Source of the DNA: Nitrososphaerota archaeon
Lineage (GTDB): Archaea; Thermoproteota; EX4484-205; JAAOZP01
Direction of reading: 5' to 3'
Length of the DNA stretch: 64,000 bases
Assembly: GCA_011605725.1 (NCBI GenBank)
Contig: JAAOZP010000009.1
Location: forward strand, 11,228-75,227
A program made the position numbers and the translations under genes. A model generated the notes under the pieces. It was not told the origin of the DNA. It saw only the letters and a program-made list of their open reading frames with translations, and did no database searches. Every line of letters begins with the position of its first letter. Within the stretch, counting starts at the first letter, position 1. Below, piece by piece: positions 38,897 through 47,856 of this stretch.

Positions 38897-38911
38897 CTGG
38901 CGGAAAAAGGT
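38897..38911 (+). promoter_or_regulatory. BRE/TATA-like box (AAAGGTTATATAGGT) about 27 nt upstream of the rps19 start
   Basis: Positioned as expected for a leaderless transcript of the S19 operon. Confidence 0.35.
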
Positions 38912-38937
38912 TATATAGGTTGCTTCGATAAAATGCT

Positions 38938-39354
38938 TTGGACATGTCCATCGTTCAGACATATAGGGGCAAGACTCTCGAGGAGCTGAACAGCCTTTCG
39001 ATGAACGAGCTGATGAGGCTTCTCCCAGCCAGGATTAGGAGAAGCCTTAAGAGAGGACTTCACCCTGAGACTCGGAAGCTCCTCGAGAAGATCAGGAAGG
39101 TTAAGGCTGAGATGGCTCGAACCGGGGTTCAGCCCAGGAGGATAAGAACTCACAGGAGGGATATGCCTATTCTCCCGGAGATGGTTGGGTTAACCATTGA
39201 GGTCCATAACGGTAAGGACTTCATACCTGTCGAAATCACTCTGGATAAGGTGGGCCACTACTTGGGTGAGTTTGCAATAACCAACAAGAGGGTTGTTCAC
39301 GGTAAGCCTGGAGTCGGAGCTAGCAAGGCTTCTACTTACGTGCCTTTGAAGTAA
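38938..39354 (+). CDS. rps19: 30S ribosomal protein S19 (uS19)
   Basis: [33 protein letters not shown] is the uS19 core. Confidence 0.9.
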   Translation: MDMSIVQTYRGKTLEELNSLSMNELMRLLPARIRRSLKRGLHPETRKLLEKIRKVKAEMARTGVQPRRIRTHRRDMPILPEMVGLTIEVHNGKDFIPVEITLDKVGHYLGEFAITNKRVVHGKPGVGASKASTYVPLK

Positions 39355-39387
39355 GAAAAATAAAAAGGATTAGGGAAAGAATTGGCC

Positions 39388-39618
39388 TTACTGCTTCTTA
39401 GGCTGCTCCTTCCAAACATACGTTATTCTATCGTCTATCACCAGGTATTCTCCACTGTCCTTGACTGATACCATGGGTTTCTTCAATATTGTAGCAATCT
39501 TTCTAAGTCCTTCAAGCGACTTGACGTGTGCAACGTATCCTTCAGGAGTCTTCTCAAGCTTATCCACGTTCACTGCTCTACGTATGCTGGGCTCGGCTTC
39601 AGCCGCCTCCTTGCTCAT
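39388..39618 (-). CDS. Hypothetical 76-aa protein encoded antisense within the rps19-rpl22 spacer
   Basis: Clean 76-aa ORF with balanced composition in a 367-nt gap that is normally absent between these two r-protein genes. No recognisable motif. Confidence 0.35.
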   Translation of the reverse strand: MSKEAAEAEPSIRRAVNVDKLEKTPEGYVAHVKSLEGLRKIATILKKPMVSVKDSGEYLVIDDRITYVWKEQPKKQ

Positions 39619-39721
39619 TTTCTATCGCTAAAGCTGCTTTATCCTAGGATTTAAGCATTGCCTATAACGGGCAAAATATTTAATAATTGGTGCATATTCC
39701 TGTCCTGCTTCCACAGCCAAG

Positions 39722-40198
39722 GTGTTGAGTTTGCCAAGCTTTAAGTACAGTTTGGTTGAGGTGGACAGGGCCCGTTCGGCTAAGGCCAGCCTTAGAGAGG
39801 TTAGAGTATCGCCTAAACACTCGGTTGAGCTGGCCAGGTTTATAAAGGGTTTAAGGATCCCGGAGGCCAGGGAAAGGCTGGAGGCGGTTGTGGAGAAAAA
39901 GCTCCCTGTCCCGTTTAAAAGGTACAGGAAGAAGGTTCCTCATAGAAGGGGGGTTTTAAAAGCTGACTCCGGAAGGTATCCTGTTAAAGCAGCCAGGTTC
40001 TTACTAAGGCTGCTGGCGCAGCTTGAGGCTAATGCTGAGTTTAAAGGATTATCGCCGGAGAGGATGAGGATAACCGGTGTCGTTGTCCATCGTGGGAGAA
40101 AGCTGAAAAGATATACGCCTAGAGCCTTCGGAAGGGCTACACCGAGGTTTGAAACCCTTACTCACGTGGAGGCCTTGGCTGTGGAGGAGGCTGGTTGA
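39722..40198 (+). CDS. rpl22: 50S ribosomal protein L22 (uL22)
   Basis: AKASLREVRVSPKHSVELARFIKG plus the beta-hairpin region. Confidence 0.9.
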   Translation: MLSLPSFKYSLVEVDRARSAKASLREVRVSPKHSVELARFIKGLRIPEARERLEAVVEKKLPVPFKRYRKKVPHRRGVLKADSGRYPVKAARFLLRLLAQLEANAEFKGLSPERMRITGVVVHRGRKLKRYTPRAFGRATPRFETLTHVEALAVEEAG

Positions 40199-40199
40199 A

Positions 40200-40850
40200 A
40201 TGTCTGCTAGGCGGAAAACGATTTTCTACAAGAGGGTTCTTGAATTCGGAAAGCTGCATCAGAAGATCGACGACTTTCTAAAAGAGTACTTGAAGGAAGC
40301 TGGTTACAATGGTGTTAGACTGTTGAACGTCCCAATGGGTCTGGTGGTTACAATATACACTAGTAAGCCGGGTGCCGTCATAGGGCCGGATGGGAGAAAC
40401 ATAAGGGAGCTTCAAAACATGCTTCAGAAAAATTTTGGTCTTGAGAATCCTCAGGTTAATGTGGCTGAAGTTGAGAACCCTGATCTTGAGCCTCAACTGG
40501 TTGCGCAAATGATATGCAGGGCTTTAGAGCGGGGTGTTAAATACCGTAGGGCTGCTAGGGTTGCTCTCCGCAGGATAGTTGCAGCCGGTGCCGTTGGTTG
40601 CGAGATAAGGATAGCCGGTAAGCTGGCGACTGACAGAAGCAGGTTTGAAAAGTTTACATATGGTTATCTGCCTGCGGCTGGAGACCCAGCTATGAAGTAT
40701 GTTAAAACCGGGAAGGCGAGTGTGCTTTTGCCTCAGGGCCTAATAGGGGTCAAGGTTAAGATTCTCTGTAAAGCATCCTTCCCGGATGAGGTTCAGATAA
40801 TAGGGGTTCAGAAGGAGGCTGCTGAAGTTGGCGAGGCTAAAGGCGAGTGA
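40200..40850 (+). CDS. rps3: 30S ribosomal protein S3 (uS3)
   Basis: KH domain and the S3 C-terminal domain. Start set at MSARRK after the L22 stop; the ORF track extends it to 40149. Confidence 0.9.
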   Translation: MSARRKTIFYKRVLEFGKLHQKIDDFLKEYLKEAGYNGVRLLNVPMGLVVTIYTSKPGAVIGPDGRNIRELQNMLQKNFGLENPQVNVAEVENPDLEPQLVAQMICRALERGVKYRRAARVALRRIVAAGAVGCEIRIAGKLATDRSRFEKFTYGYLPAAGDPAMKYVKTGKASVLLPQGLIGVKVKILCKASFPDEVQIIGVQKEAAEVGEAKGE

Positions 40851-41040
40851 AGTAAGGGCGATGTCTAGGGAGGAACGGCTTAAAAGGCTCCAGGAGCTTA
40901 GAAGCGAACTTATGATGGCGAGGATGAGAGCTGCCTCAGGGCTGGAGGAGAACACTAAGATGGTTAGAGAACTGAAGCGTGCTATAGCAAGAATACTTAC
41001 TGTTGAAAAGGAGGAGGGGAGAATTGAGAGCTCCAAGTAA
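40828..41040 (+). CDS. rpl29: 50S ribosomal protein L29 (uL29)
   Basis: 70 aa, with MARLKASEVRAMSREERLKRLQELRSEL. Confidence 0.9.
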   Translation: MARLKASEVRAMSREERLKRLQELRSELMMARMRAASGLEENTKMVRELKRAIARILTVEKEEGRIESSK

Positions 41041-41293
41041 CCTTGCGTATCACGAGTTGAATGGTCTGCATGTTAGGGTTGTGGATTTGAGCAGCGGGTC
41101 GACTGTTGCTTCGGGCAGGGTTGTCTGGGAAACGAAGAACACTTTCACCATACTGTCTGAAAGAGGCAGGTGTCTAACAATACCTAAGCATAACAAGAGA
41201 TTCTTTTTCAGACTTGGCGACACGGATGTTGCTATAAATGGAGACTCGATTGCCTTCAGACCTGAAGAAAGAACTGGGAGGGTTGACCCATGA
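41003..41293 (+). CDS. rnp1: Ribonuclease P protein component 1 (Rpp29/Pop4)
   Basis: LNGLHVRVVDLSSGSTVASGRVVWETKNTFTI...IPKHNKRFFFRLGD fits Rpp29. Conserved position between rpl29 and rps17. Confidence 0.8.
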   Translation: MKRRRGELRAPSNLAYHELNGLHVRVVDLSSGSTVASGRVVWETKNTFTILSERGRCLTIPKHNKRFFFRLGDTDVAINGDSIAFRPEERTGRVDP

Positions 41294-41613
41294 GCTTTCT
41301 TAAGGGTCTCAATATTTCTCCACCTGAGACCGAGTGCAGTGACAGGAAGTGTCCGTTTCACGGTGAAGTTAGGATCAGGGGAAGTGTTTTTGAGGGCGTT
41401 GTTGTTTCTGACCGAATGAAGAACACGGTGATCGTCATGAGAGAATACTTGCAGTATGTTCCGAAGTATAAGCGTTACATGAGGAAGAGGAGCAGAATAC
41501 CTTCTCACAATCCTCCGTGCATCGCTGCTAGAACAGGGGATAAAGTTATAATAGGTGAGAGTAGACCTTTAAGCAAGACGGTGCATTTCGTAGTGCTGGG
41601 TAAGGTGAAGTAG
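41290..41613 (+). CDS. rps17: 30S ribosomal protein S17 (uS17)
   Basis: The 107-aa sequence fits uS17 (GVVVSDRMKNTVIV). Confidence 0.9.
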   Translation: MSFLKGLNISPPETECSDRKCPFHGEVRIRGSVFEGVVVSDRMKNTVIVMREYLQYVPKYKRYMRKRSRIPSHNPPCIAARTGDKVIIGESRPLSKTVHFVVLGKVK

Positions 41614-41614
41614 C

Positions 41615-42052
41615 ATGGCGGTGAAGAAATCCAGAGCAGTTTCTGCAAAAGGCATTTTAGAGTATAGGCTGAGAGGCTCTAGGGGTCTTCCTGTTGGCGC
41701 GAGCCTCGTCTGTGCGGACAATTCCGGCGCTAAGCTTCTAAGGATTGTTCAAGTAGCTAAGTCTGGAGGACGTCTTAGACGTCTACCCTCAGCTAAGGTG
41801 GGTGATCTAGTAACGGTCTCCGTTAAAAAGGGTACTCCTGACCTTAAGAACAAGCTTATGAAGGCGATAATAGTTAGACAGCGTTTCCCAATCAGGAGAA
41901 GAGACGGGTTAAGGGTTGTTTTCGAGGATAATGCTGCCGTGCTTATGACGCCTGAGGGAGACTTGAAGGGTACTGAGGTTAAGGGCCCGGTTGCAAAAGA
42001 GGCTGTGGACCTATGGCCTAAGCTTTCAGCACTAGCCTCGTCAGTGGTGTGA
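41615..42052 (+). CDS. rpl14: 50S ribosomal protein L14 (uL14)
   Basis: The 145-aa sequence fits uL14 (VCADNSGAKLLRIVQV). Confidence 0.9.
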   Translation: MAVKKSRAVSAKGILEYRLRGSRGLPVGASLVCADNSGAKLLRIVQVAKSGGRLRRLPSAKVGDLVTVSVKKGTPDLKNKLMKAIIVRQRFPIRRRDGLRVVFEDNAAVLMTPEGDLKGTEVKGPVAKEAVDLWPKLSALASSVV

Positions 42053-42405
42053 ACGGTATGAACGAGAGACACTTAGCATATAAGGCTTCCTCCGTTCATC
42101 TGAGTCGTGAGCTTAGAAGTAAGTATGGTTTCAGGAGCCTGCCCATCAGAGCCGGAGACAGGGTTCTTATAATCAGAGGAGACTATAAGGGTGTTGAAGG
42201 CGATGTTAGCAGAGTTGACAGGGCGAGGGGGCGTGTCTACGTTTCAGGAGTATACCGTGAGAATGCTCGTGGCGAGCAGCGCTTAATACCAATACCGTTA
42301 AGCTCAGTGATACTCGTAAAGATTGAGGATAAGGATGAGTGGAGGCGGCGCTTGATAGAGAGGAAGCTTAAGCCAGTTAAGGAGGCATCGGAAAATGGCT
42401 CGTAA
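42049..42405 (+). CDS. rpl24: 50S ribosomal protein L24 (uL24)
   Basis: KOW motif AGDRVLIIRGDYKGVEG. Confidence 0.9.
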   Translation: MNGMNERHLAYKASSVHLSRELRSKYGFRSLPIRAGDRVLIIRGDYKGVEGDVSRVDRARGRVYVSGVYRENARGEQRLIPIPLSSVILVKIEDKDEWRRRLIERKLKPVKEASENGS

Positions 42406-43117
42406 AGGTGGCTCTAAGAGCTTAAAGAGGTTTGCTGCCCCGCCTGTAATGCAGGTTTCCAGCGTTAAGGAGAGAAAGTTCGTCACCAGGCCTGAGCCTG
42501 GTCCACATAGTCTCAAGATGTCAATACCCTTGCAGGTTCTCGTCAGAGACATCTTGAAAATGGCTGAGACAGGTAGGGAGGCGAAATATGTGATAAGCCA
42601 CTCGATGGTTCTCGTAGACGGGGTTGTGAGGACTTCCCACAAGTTTCCAGTGGGGCTTATGGATGTTGTCAGCGTGAGAGAGCTGGGTAAACACTTCAGG
42701 ATTCTGGTTAACGAAAAGGGTGAGCTAATCCCGGTTGAAATCCCGCAGGAGGAGGCTTCCATGAAAATATGCAGGATTAACAAGAAATATCTTTACAGGG
42801 GCAGGCTGAGGCTTGCGACTGAGGATGGGCGATCCTTTGAAACGGAAGACTGGTCTCTGAACGTAGGCGGCTCGCTTCTTGTAAAGATTCCGGAAGGAAC
42901 TGTTCTAGACAAGGCTCCTCTATGTGAAGGCGTTATTGGATATGTTTTCATGGGTAAGCACACGGGTGCCGTCGGCACCGTTAGAAAAGTCTCTGAATCA
43001 AGCCTGCTTAGAGAAAGTACTGTTACGCTTTCAGTTGCAGACGGGAGTGAAATAAGCACTGTTAAGGATTACGTTATGGTTGTCGGGAGGGATAAGCCTT
43101 GGTTGAAACTGTTTTAG
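42395..43117 (+). CDS. rps4e: 30S ribosomal protein S4e
   Basis: KSLKRFAAPPV...RPEPGPHSL matches the eS4 N-terminus. Confidence 0.9.
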   Translation: MARKGGSKSLKRFAAPPVMQVSSVKERKFVTRPEPGPHSLKMSIPLQVLVRDILKMAETGREAKYVISHSMVLVDGVVRTSHKFPVGLMDVVSVRELGKHFRILVNEKGELIPVEIPQEEASMKICRINKKYLYRGRLRLATEDGRSFETEDWSLNVGGSLLVKIPEGTVLDKAPLCEGVIGYVFMGKHTGAVGTVRKVSESSLLRESTVTLSVADGSEISTVKDYVMVVGRDKPWLKLF

Positions 43118-43638
43118 AGGAGAAAAAGGCTCAGGCGAATCCTATGAGGCGAATAATGATCGAGAAGGTTGTGGTCAACATTTGTCCTGGGAAGCCGGGT
43201 GAACCCTTGGAGAAGGCTAAGCAGGTTTTAACGCTTTTAACCGGTATGAAGCCTGCTGAGAGAAGAGCTAGGAAAACAATAAAGGAGTTTGGCGTCAGAA
43301 GGCGTGAAGCCATCGCTGCGATAGTGACTCTAAGGGGTAGCAGGGCAGAGGAGTTTCTCGAAAAGGCTTTCACAGCAATCGGCAGGAAGGTGAAGGCATC
43401 CAGCTTCCAGAACGGTGTCTTCAGCTTCGGCGTGAGAGAGCATATTCAGTTTCCAGGGGTTAAGTATGATCCTAAGATAGGCGTGCTAGGTATGGATATA
43501 TGTGTCAAGCTTTGCAGGCCAGGGTTCCGTGTAATGTATAGGAGGCGCAGGAGAAGCACTGTAGGCAAGTCTCATAGAATAACTAGGGAGGAGGCGATTA
43601 ACTTTATGAAGGAGCGGTTCAGCCTGGAGGTTGTCTGA
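43099..43638 (+). CDS. rpl5: 50S ribosomal protein L5 (uL5)
   Basis: [15 protein letters not shown]... is the uL5 N-terminus. Confidence 0.9.
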   Translation: MVETVLEEKKAQANPMRRIMIEKVVVNICPGKPGEPLEKAKQVLTLLTGMKPAERRARKTIKEFGVRRREAIAAIVTLRGSRAEEFLEKAFTAIGRKVKASSFQNGVFSFGVREHIQFPGVKYDPKIGVLGMDICVKLCRPGFRVMYRRRRRSTVGKSHRITREEAINFMKERFSLEVV

Positions 43639-43639
43639 A

Positions 43640-43801
43640 ATGGCTCGTCAAACTCCGAAGAAGAGAACGTTCGGCAAGGGCTCGAGGCCCTGTGTGAGAT
43701 GCGGCTCATACGGGCCGATAATCCGGCAATACGGCTTAAACTATTGTAGACACTGCTTCAGGGAGGTTGCTCCACTGCTGGGCTTCAGGAAGTATAATTA
43801 G
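43640..43801 (+). CDS. rps14: 30S ribosomal protein S14 type Z (uS14), absent from the ORF track (<60 aa)
   Basis: Hand translation gives [53 protein letters not shown], with the four-Cys zinc ribbon typical of uS14. Confidence 0.9.
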   Translation: MARQTPKKRTFGKGSRPCVRCGSYGPIIRQYGLNYCRHCFREVAPLLGFRKYN

Positions 43802-43812
43802 GTGTTACATGA

Positions 43813-44205
43813 ATGACTCTTAATGATCCTCTGGCCAACGCGTTAACGGCTCTTCAAAACGCTGACCTGCGTAGAAAGAAAGAGTGCATAATATCTCCTG
43901 CTTCTAACCTTATAGGGCACGTGCTTAAGATTCTTCAGCAATCCGGGTACATAGGCGAGTTCGAATTCATAGACGATGGTAAAGCAGGCTTCTTCAGGGT
44001 TCAGCTTGTGGGGAGGATTAACAAGTGTAGGGCGATTAAGCCCAGGTTTCCAGCATCCTACCGTGATATTGAGAAGTTTGAAAAAATGTTTCTCCCAGCC
44101 TACAATGTTGGGCTTCTAATCGTTTCAACACCCCAGGGCTTAATGACTCATACTGAGGCTAAGAGCAGGAAGATTGGAGGAAGGTTGATCGCATATGTCT
44201 ACTAG
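43813..44205 (+). CDS. rps8: 30S ribosomal protein S8 (uS8)
   Basis: The 130-aa sequence fits uS8 ([17 protein letters not shown]). Confidence 0.9.
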   Translation: MTLNDPLANALTALQNADLRRKKECIISPASNLIGHVLKILQQSGYIGEFEFIDDGKAGFFRVQLVGRINKCRAIKPRFPASYRDIEKFEKMFLPAYNVGLLIVSTPQGLMTHTEAKSRKIGGRLIAYVY

Positions 44206-44764
44206 CAATATAGAGTCTGCTGTTCATGTTGCTACTGTGAAAGTGCCTGAAAACGTGAAGATAAGCCTCCAGTATTCAACTGTGACTGTTGAGGGGCCTC
44301 TTGGAAGGCTTTCCAGAGACTTTTCCCACACCGGTTTAAAGCTTACTCTAGAGGGAGACGTTCTTAAGGTTTTCAGCGTCAACAAAGGGAGAAGGTTTAA
44401 AGCGAGGGTTGGAACTGTTGCAAAATTGATTAAGAACATGTTTGAAGGCGTTCTCCACGGCTATATCGTTAGATTGAAGATTGTCTATTCTCACTTTCCC
44501 GTCACAGTTAAGTATGACAAGCCTACTGGAACGGTTTCTATACATAATTTCATGGGTGAGAAGTCTCCCCGACTCTTCAAAATACCTTTTCCAAACGTTG
44601 ACATTCACGTTTCGGGTCAAGACATTACTGTCACAGGACTAGACAAGAACGAGGTTACTCAGGTTGCTGCAATGTTCGAATTAGCAACCAAGATTAAGGA
44701 TAAGGATCCAAGAGTTTACATCGACGGCATATACGTTGTGGAGAAAGGATTATGGAGGAAGTGA
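44195..44764 (+). CDS. rpl6: 50S ribosomal protein L6 (uL6)
   Basis: 189 aa with the two-domain L6 pattern. Confidence 0.9.
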   Translation: MSTSNIESAVHVATVKVPENVKISLQYSTVTVEGPLGRLSRDFSHTGLKLTLEGDVLKVFSVNKGRRFKARVGTVAKLIKNMFEGVLHGYIVRLKIVYSHFPVTVKYDKPTGTVSIHNFMGEKSPRLFKIPFPNVDIHVSGQDITVTGLDKNEVTQVAAMFELATKIKDKDPRVYIDGIYVVEKGLWRK

Positions 44765-45180
44765 ATATGTCTGCCGAAATAAAGAAGCTTCTCTCCGCTA
44801 GGAGGAGACGGAAAGAAACAAAACCATCGTTCGTCAGGCAGGAGAGCTGGAGATACACTAGGCTTAGTGAAAACTGGCGTAGACCAAGAGGAAAGGACAG
44901 TAAAATGAGGCTTAGTGCAAAAGGCTGGCCTAAGACAGTCAACATCGGTTACGGCACACCAAGGCGGTCGAGAGGCCTCCACCCTTCAGGCTTAAGACCC
45001 ATCCTTATCTCATCTAGACGCGACTTGGAGAAAGCAGGTTCTCCCAATGGTAAAATACTTGTATTCTCCTCTAGGCTTGGCAGAAGGCTGAGGGAGGCTC
45101 TTGCCAAGGAGGCCTCCTCCAAGGGCTTCATTATCGCGAACTATGAGAGGAAGGTTATTGAGAAGGCTGAGGAGGGTTAA
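44752..45180 (+). CDS. rpl32e: 50S ribosomal protein L32e
   Basis: WRRPRGKDSKMR...GYGTPRRSRGLHPSG fits eL32. Confidence 0.9.
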   Translation: MEEVNMSAEIKKLLSARRRRKETKPSFVRQESWRYTRLSENWRRPRGKDSKMRLSAKGWPKTVNIGYGTPRRSRGLHPSGLRPILISSRRDLEKAGSPNGKILVFSSRLGRRLREALAKEASSKGFIIANYERKVIEKAEEG

Positions 45181-45183
45181 TAG

Positions 45184-45615
45184 TTGAGTGTTAAGACTGT
45201 CAGAAGACTGGCTGCTGACATCTTGAAAGTCGGGGAGTCGAGAATCTGGATAGACCCTGCAAGGATTGAAGAAGTTGAGGACGCTGTTACAAGGGCTGAC
45301 GTGAGGAGGCTTATTAAAAGCGGCGTGGTAAGGGAGAGGCCGCCGTCAACCCCGAGCAGGGGGAGGGTTAGGGCGAGAAGCGGGAGAAGAGGCCCGGGAA
45401 GCAGGAAGGGGGCAAAGGGTGCTAGAATGACTGTGACATGGGTTGAGAAGGTCAGGGCTCAGAGAAGGCTTCTCAAACAGCTCCGGGACAAAGGCGTTAT
45501 TTCAAGAAGGCTCTACAGGAGGCTCTACCTAATGGTTAAGGGCGGTGCTTTCTCTAGCAGAAGGGTTTTGATGAATTATGTTGCTTCGCTGAAAGAAAGG
45601 GGTGAGGCTGTTTAA
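45184..45615 (+). CDS. rpl19e: 50S ribosomal protein L19e
   Basis: VKTVRRLAADILKVGESRIWIDP fits eL19. Apparent TTG start. Confidence 0.85.
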   Translation: MSVKTVRRLAADILKVGESRIWIDPARIEEVEDAVTRADVRRLIKSGVVRERPPSTPSRGRVRARSGRRGPGSRKGAKGARMTVTWVEKVRAQRRLLKQLRDKGVISRRLYRRLYLMVKGGAFSSRRVLMNYVASLKERGEAV

Positions 45616-46190
45616 TGGCTAGGTCAGCATCCTACAGGGTGAAGTTTAAGCGTCGCAGGAAGGGTCTTACGGACTACTATTTAAGAACAAAGCTTCTCAG
45701 GTCAGGCTTACCTAGAGTGGTCGTAAGGGTTTCAAACAAGCATGTGCGCGTGGCGGTTGTTTCAAGCAGGCTCGGCGGGGACGTTGTTATTGCCCATGCT
45801 TTCTCACAGGAGCTTAAGAAATTCGGCTGGCCTTTCAGCTTCAACAATACTCCGGCAGCCTACTTGACGGCTTACTTAGCTGGATTAAGATGTTTAAAGA
45901 AAAATGTTTCAGAAGGTATTCTAGACGCTGGACTACACAAGCCGACTAAGGGTGGAAGAGTATATGCTGCTTGCAGCGGGCTTCTGGATGCGGGCTTCAA
46001 GTTGAGGGTTGACCCATCTATGCTCCCGGATAAGAGTAGGATAACGGGGGAACACATATCTCGCTTCTTCAAAGAATCAGGGGGAAAAGGTTTTTCAAGG
46101 TATGTGGAAGCCGGTTTGAAGGTTGAGGAGATGCCAAAAATATTTGAAGAGGTTAAAGGCAGGTTGAGGGAGGCTGCTGTAAATGGCTGA
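45615..46190 (+). CDS. rpl18: 50S ribosomal protein L18 (uL18)
   Basis: YRVKFKRRRKGLTDYYLR...PRVVVRVSNKH fits uL18. Confidence 0.9.
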   Translation: MARSASYRVKFKRRRKGLTDYYLRTKLLRSGLPRVVVRVSNKHVRVAVVSSRLGGDVVIAHAFSQELKKFGWPFSFNNTPAAYLTAYLAGLRCLKKNVSEGILDAGLHKPTKGGRVYAACSGLLDAGFKLRVDPSMLPDKSRITGEHISRFFKESGGKGFSRYVEAGLKVEEMPKIFEEVKGRLREAAVNG

Positions 46191-46842
46191 GGACGAGATA
46201 GGGGAGCCTGAGGAAGAAGTCAGAGAGATAACCATCGAAACTCCTTTAATAAGGATGATTAAAGAAGGCAGAGTTTCATCCGTTGAAGACGTTTTCAACA
46301 TGGGTCTGAAGATAAGGGAGCCTGAGGCTATAGACCTTTTGTTACGCAAGATAAGGGAGGAAGTCATATCGATGAGCCCTGTTCAAAAGCAGAGCGATGC
46401 TGGTGAGAAGACTCGTTTCAGAGCACTCGTTGTCGTTGGGGATGAGGATGGTCATGTCGGCATAGGTTCAGCTAAGGCTAAGCAGGTTAGAGACGCGATT
46501 GAAAAGGCCGCTAGGAAGGCTAGGCTAAACATAATACCTGTACCAAGAGGATGCGGCTCGTGGGAGTGTAAATGCGGGGAGCCTCATTCAATACCTTCTA
46601 AAACATTCGGTAAGACTGGAAGTGTTTCTATCGTTCTATTCCCCGGTCCTAAGGGTCTCGGCTTGGTTGTAGGAGACGCTGCGAAACCTGTTTTCAGGCT
46701 CGCCGGGATAAAGGATGTTTGGTCTAAGACTAAGGGCTCCACTTCAACAAGCCACTCCTTCGTGACTGCTGCCTACCTTGCTTTGAAAAGGCTTTTCACA
46801 ACCAGTTTCCTAGCTTCGGAGGCTGCTCGCGTTGAAGTCTGA
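46183..46842 (+). CDS. rps5: 30S ribosomal protein S5 (uS5)
   Basis: FRALVVVGDEDGHVGIGSAKAKQV fits the uS5 dsRBD. Confidence 0.9.
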   Translation: MAEDEIGEPEEEVREITIETPLIRMIKEGRVSSVEDVFNMGLKIREPEAIDLLLRKIREEVISMSPVQKQSDAGEKTRFRALVVVGDEDGHVGIGSAKAKQVRDAIEKAARKARLNIIPVPRGCGSWECKCGEPHSIPSKTFGKTGSVSIVLFPGPKGLGLVVGDAAKPVFRLAGIKDVWSKTKGSTSTSHSFVTAAYLALKRLFTTSFLASEAARVEV

Positions 46843-47323
46843 GGGAAGCCTTCCTCCACTGGCAATAGTCGTTAGGGTAAGGGGATGTGTAAACGTTACT
46901 AAAGATGTTTCCACTACGCTCAGGAAGCTTAGACTCCTCAGGGTGAACTCTTCGACGCTCGTCAGGCTGACTCCCTCAGTGGAAGGCATGCTGAGAAAAG
47001 CGAAGGATTATGTTTTCTGGGGGAGAATAGATAAGAACACGCTTCGCCTACTACTCTTGAAAAGAGGCAGGCTTCCTGGAAACAGGCGTTTAAGCGATGA
47101 GAATATTTCAAAATACACTAGGTACGGGACGCTGGATGAGCTTGTTGAAGCAGTCTGGCTGAGCAGCTCTCCGGCTGAGGCTATTAAACCTGTTAAGCCT
47201 GTTTTCAGGCTTAACCCGCCTAAAGGCGGGTTTAAGAGAAGCGTTAAAAAACCCGTTAAGAAAGGCGGTATACTGGGAGACTGGGGAGATAGGGTAAGCC
47301 GGATTCTGCGGAGAATGGTCTAG
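46832..47323 (+). CDS. rpl30: 50S ribosomal protein L30 (uL30)
   Basis: LAIVVRVRGCVNVTKDVSTTLRKLRLLRVN fits uL30. Confidence 0.9.
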   Translation: MKSEGSLPPLAIVVRVRGCVNVTKDVSTTLRKLRLLRVNSSTLVRLTPSVEGMLRKAKDYVFWGRIDKNTLRLLLLKRGRLPGNRRLSDENISKYTRYGTLDELVEAVWLSSSPAEAIKPVKPVFRLNPPKGGFKRSVKKPVKKGGILGDWGDRVSRILRRMV

Positions 47324-47436
47324 CAGGCTGGGTCTGGCTTGAAAACTTGGCAAGGCTAAGCGTGAAAAGGTTTAAGACTCGCAGTAGTCTTAATGGTAAG
47401 GGTTAAAAAGTCCAGAATACTCTTCTCGCCGAGAAA

Positions 47437-47856
47437 TTGCCGACCAGGTTGAGAAAAGTAAGGAAGATGCGGGGCAGCAGAACCCACGGCTGGGGACAGG
47501 TAGGGCAGCATCGCAAATCAGGATCGAGAGGCGGTGTTGGCAGGGCTGGCAGCATGGGGCACAAGTTTCTAATGTTCTATAAGGAGGAGAAGGAGAAAGG
47601 CTTCGTAAGAAAGGTTCCGAGGGTTGAAGGAGGGAAGATAAACGTTGGGAAGCTGGATGAGCTTTACAGAAGGATGCACGGCAGGGCTCCGGAGGGTGGG
47701 GAAATTCTTGACCTGGCTGCGCTCGGCTATTCTAAGCTTCTCGGTTCTGGAAGTGTTTCCACAGCTTACGTGGTTAAGATTGCCTCTTTTAGCGAGAAGG
47801 CTAGGATGAAGATAGAGGCTAAAGGAGGCAGGATTGTTAAGCCTGGTGAAGCCTAA
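47437..47856 (+). CDS. rpl15: 50S ribosomal protein L15 (uL15)
   Basis: RKMRGSRTHGWGQVGQHRKSGSRGG fits uL15. Confidence 0.9.
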   Translation: MPTRLRKVRKMRGSRTHGWGQVGQHRKSGSRGGVGRAGSMGHKFLMFYKEEKEKGFVRKVPRVEGGKINVGKLDELYRRMHGRAPEGGEILDLAALGYSKLLGSGSVSTAYVVKIASFSEKARMKIEAKGGRIVKPGEA

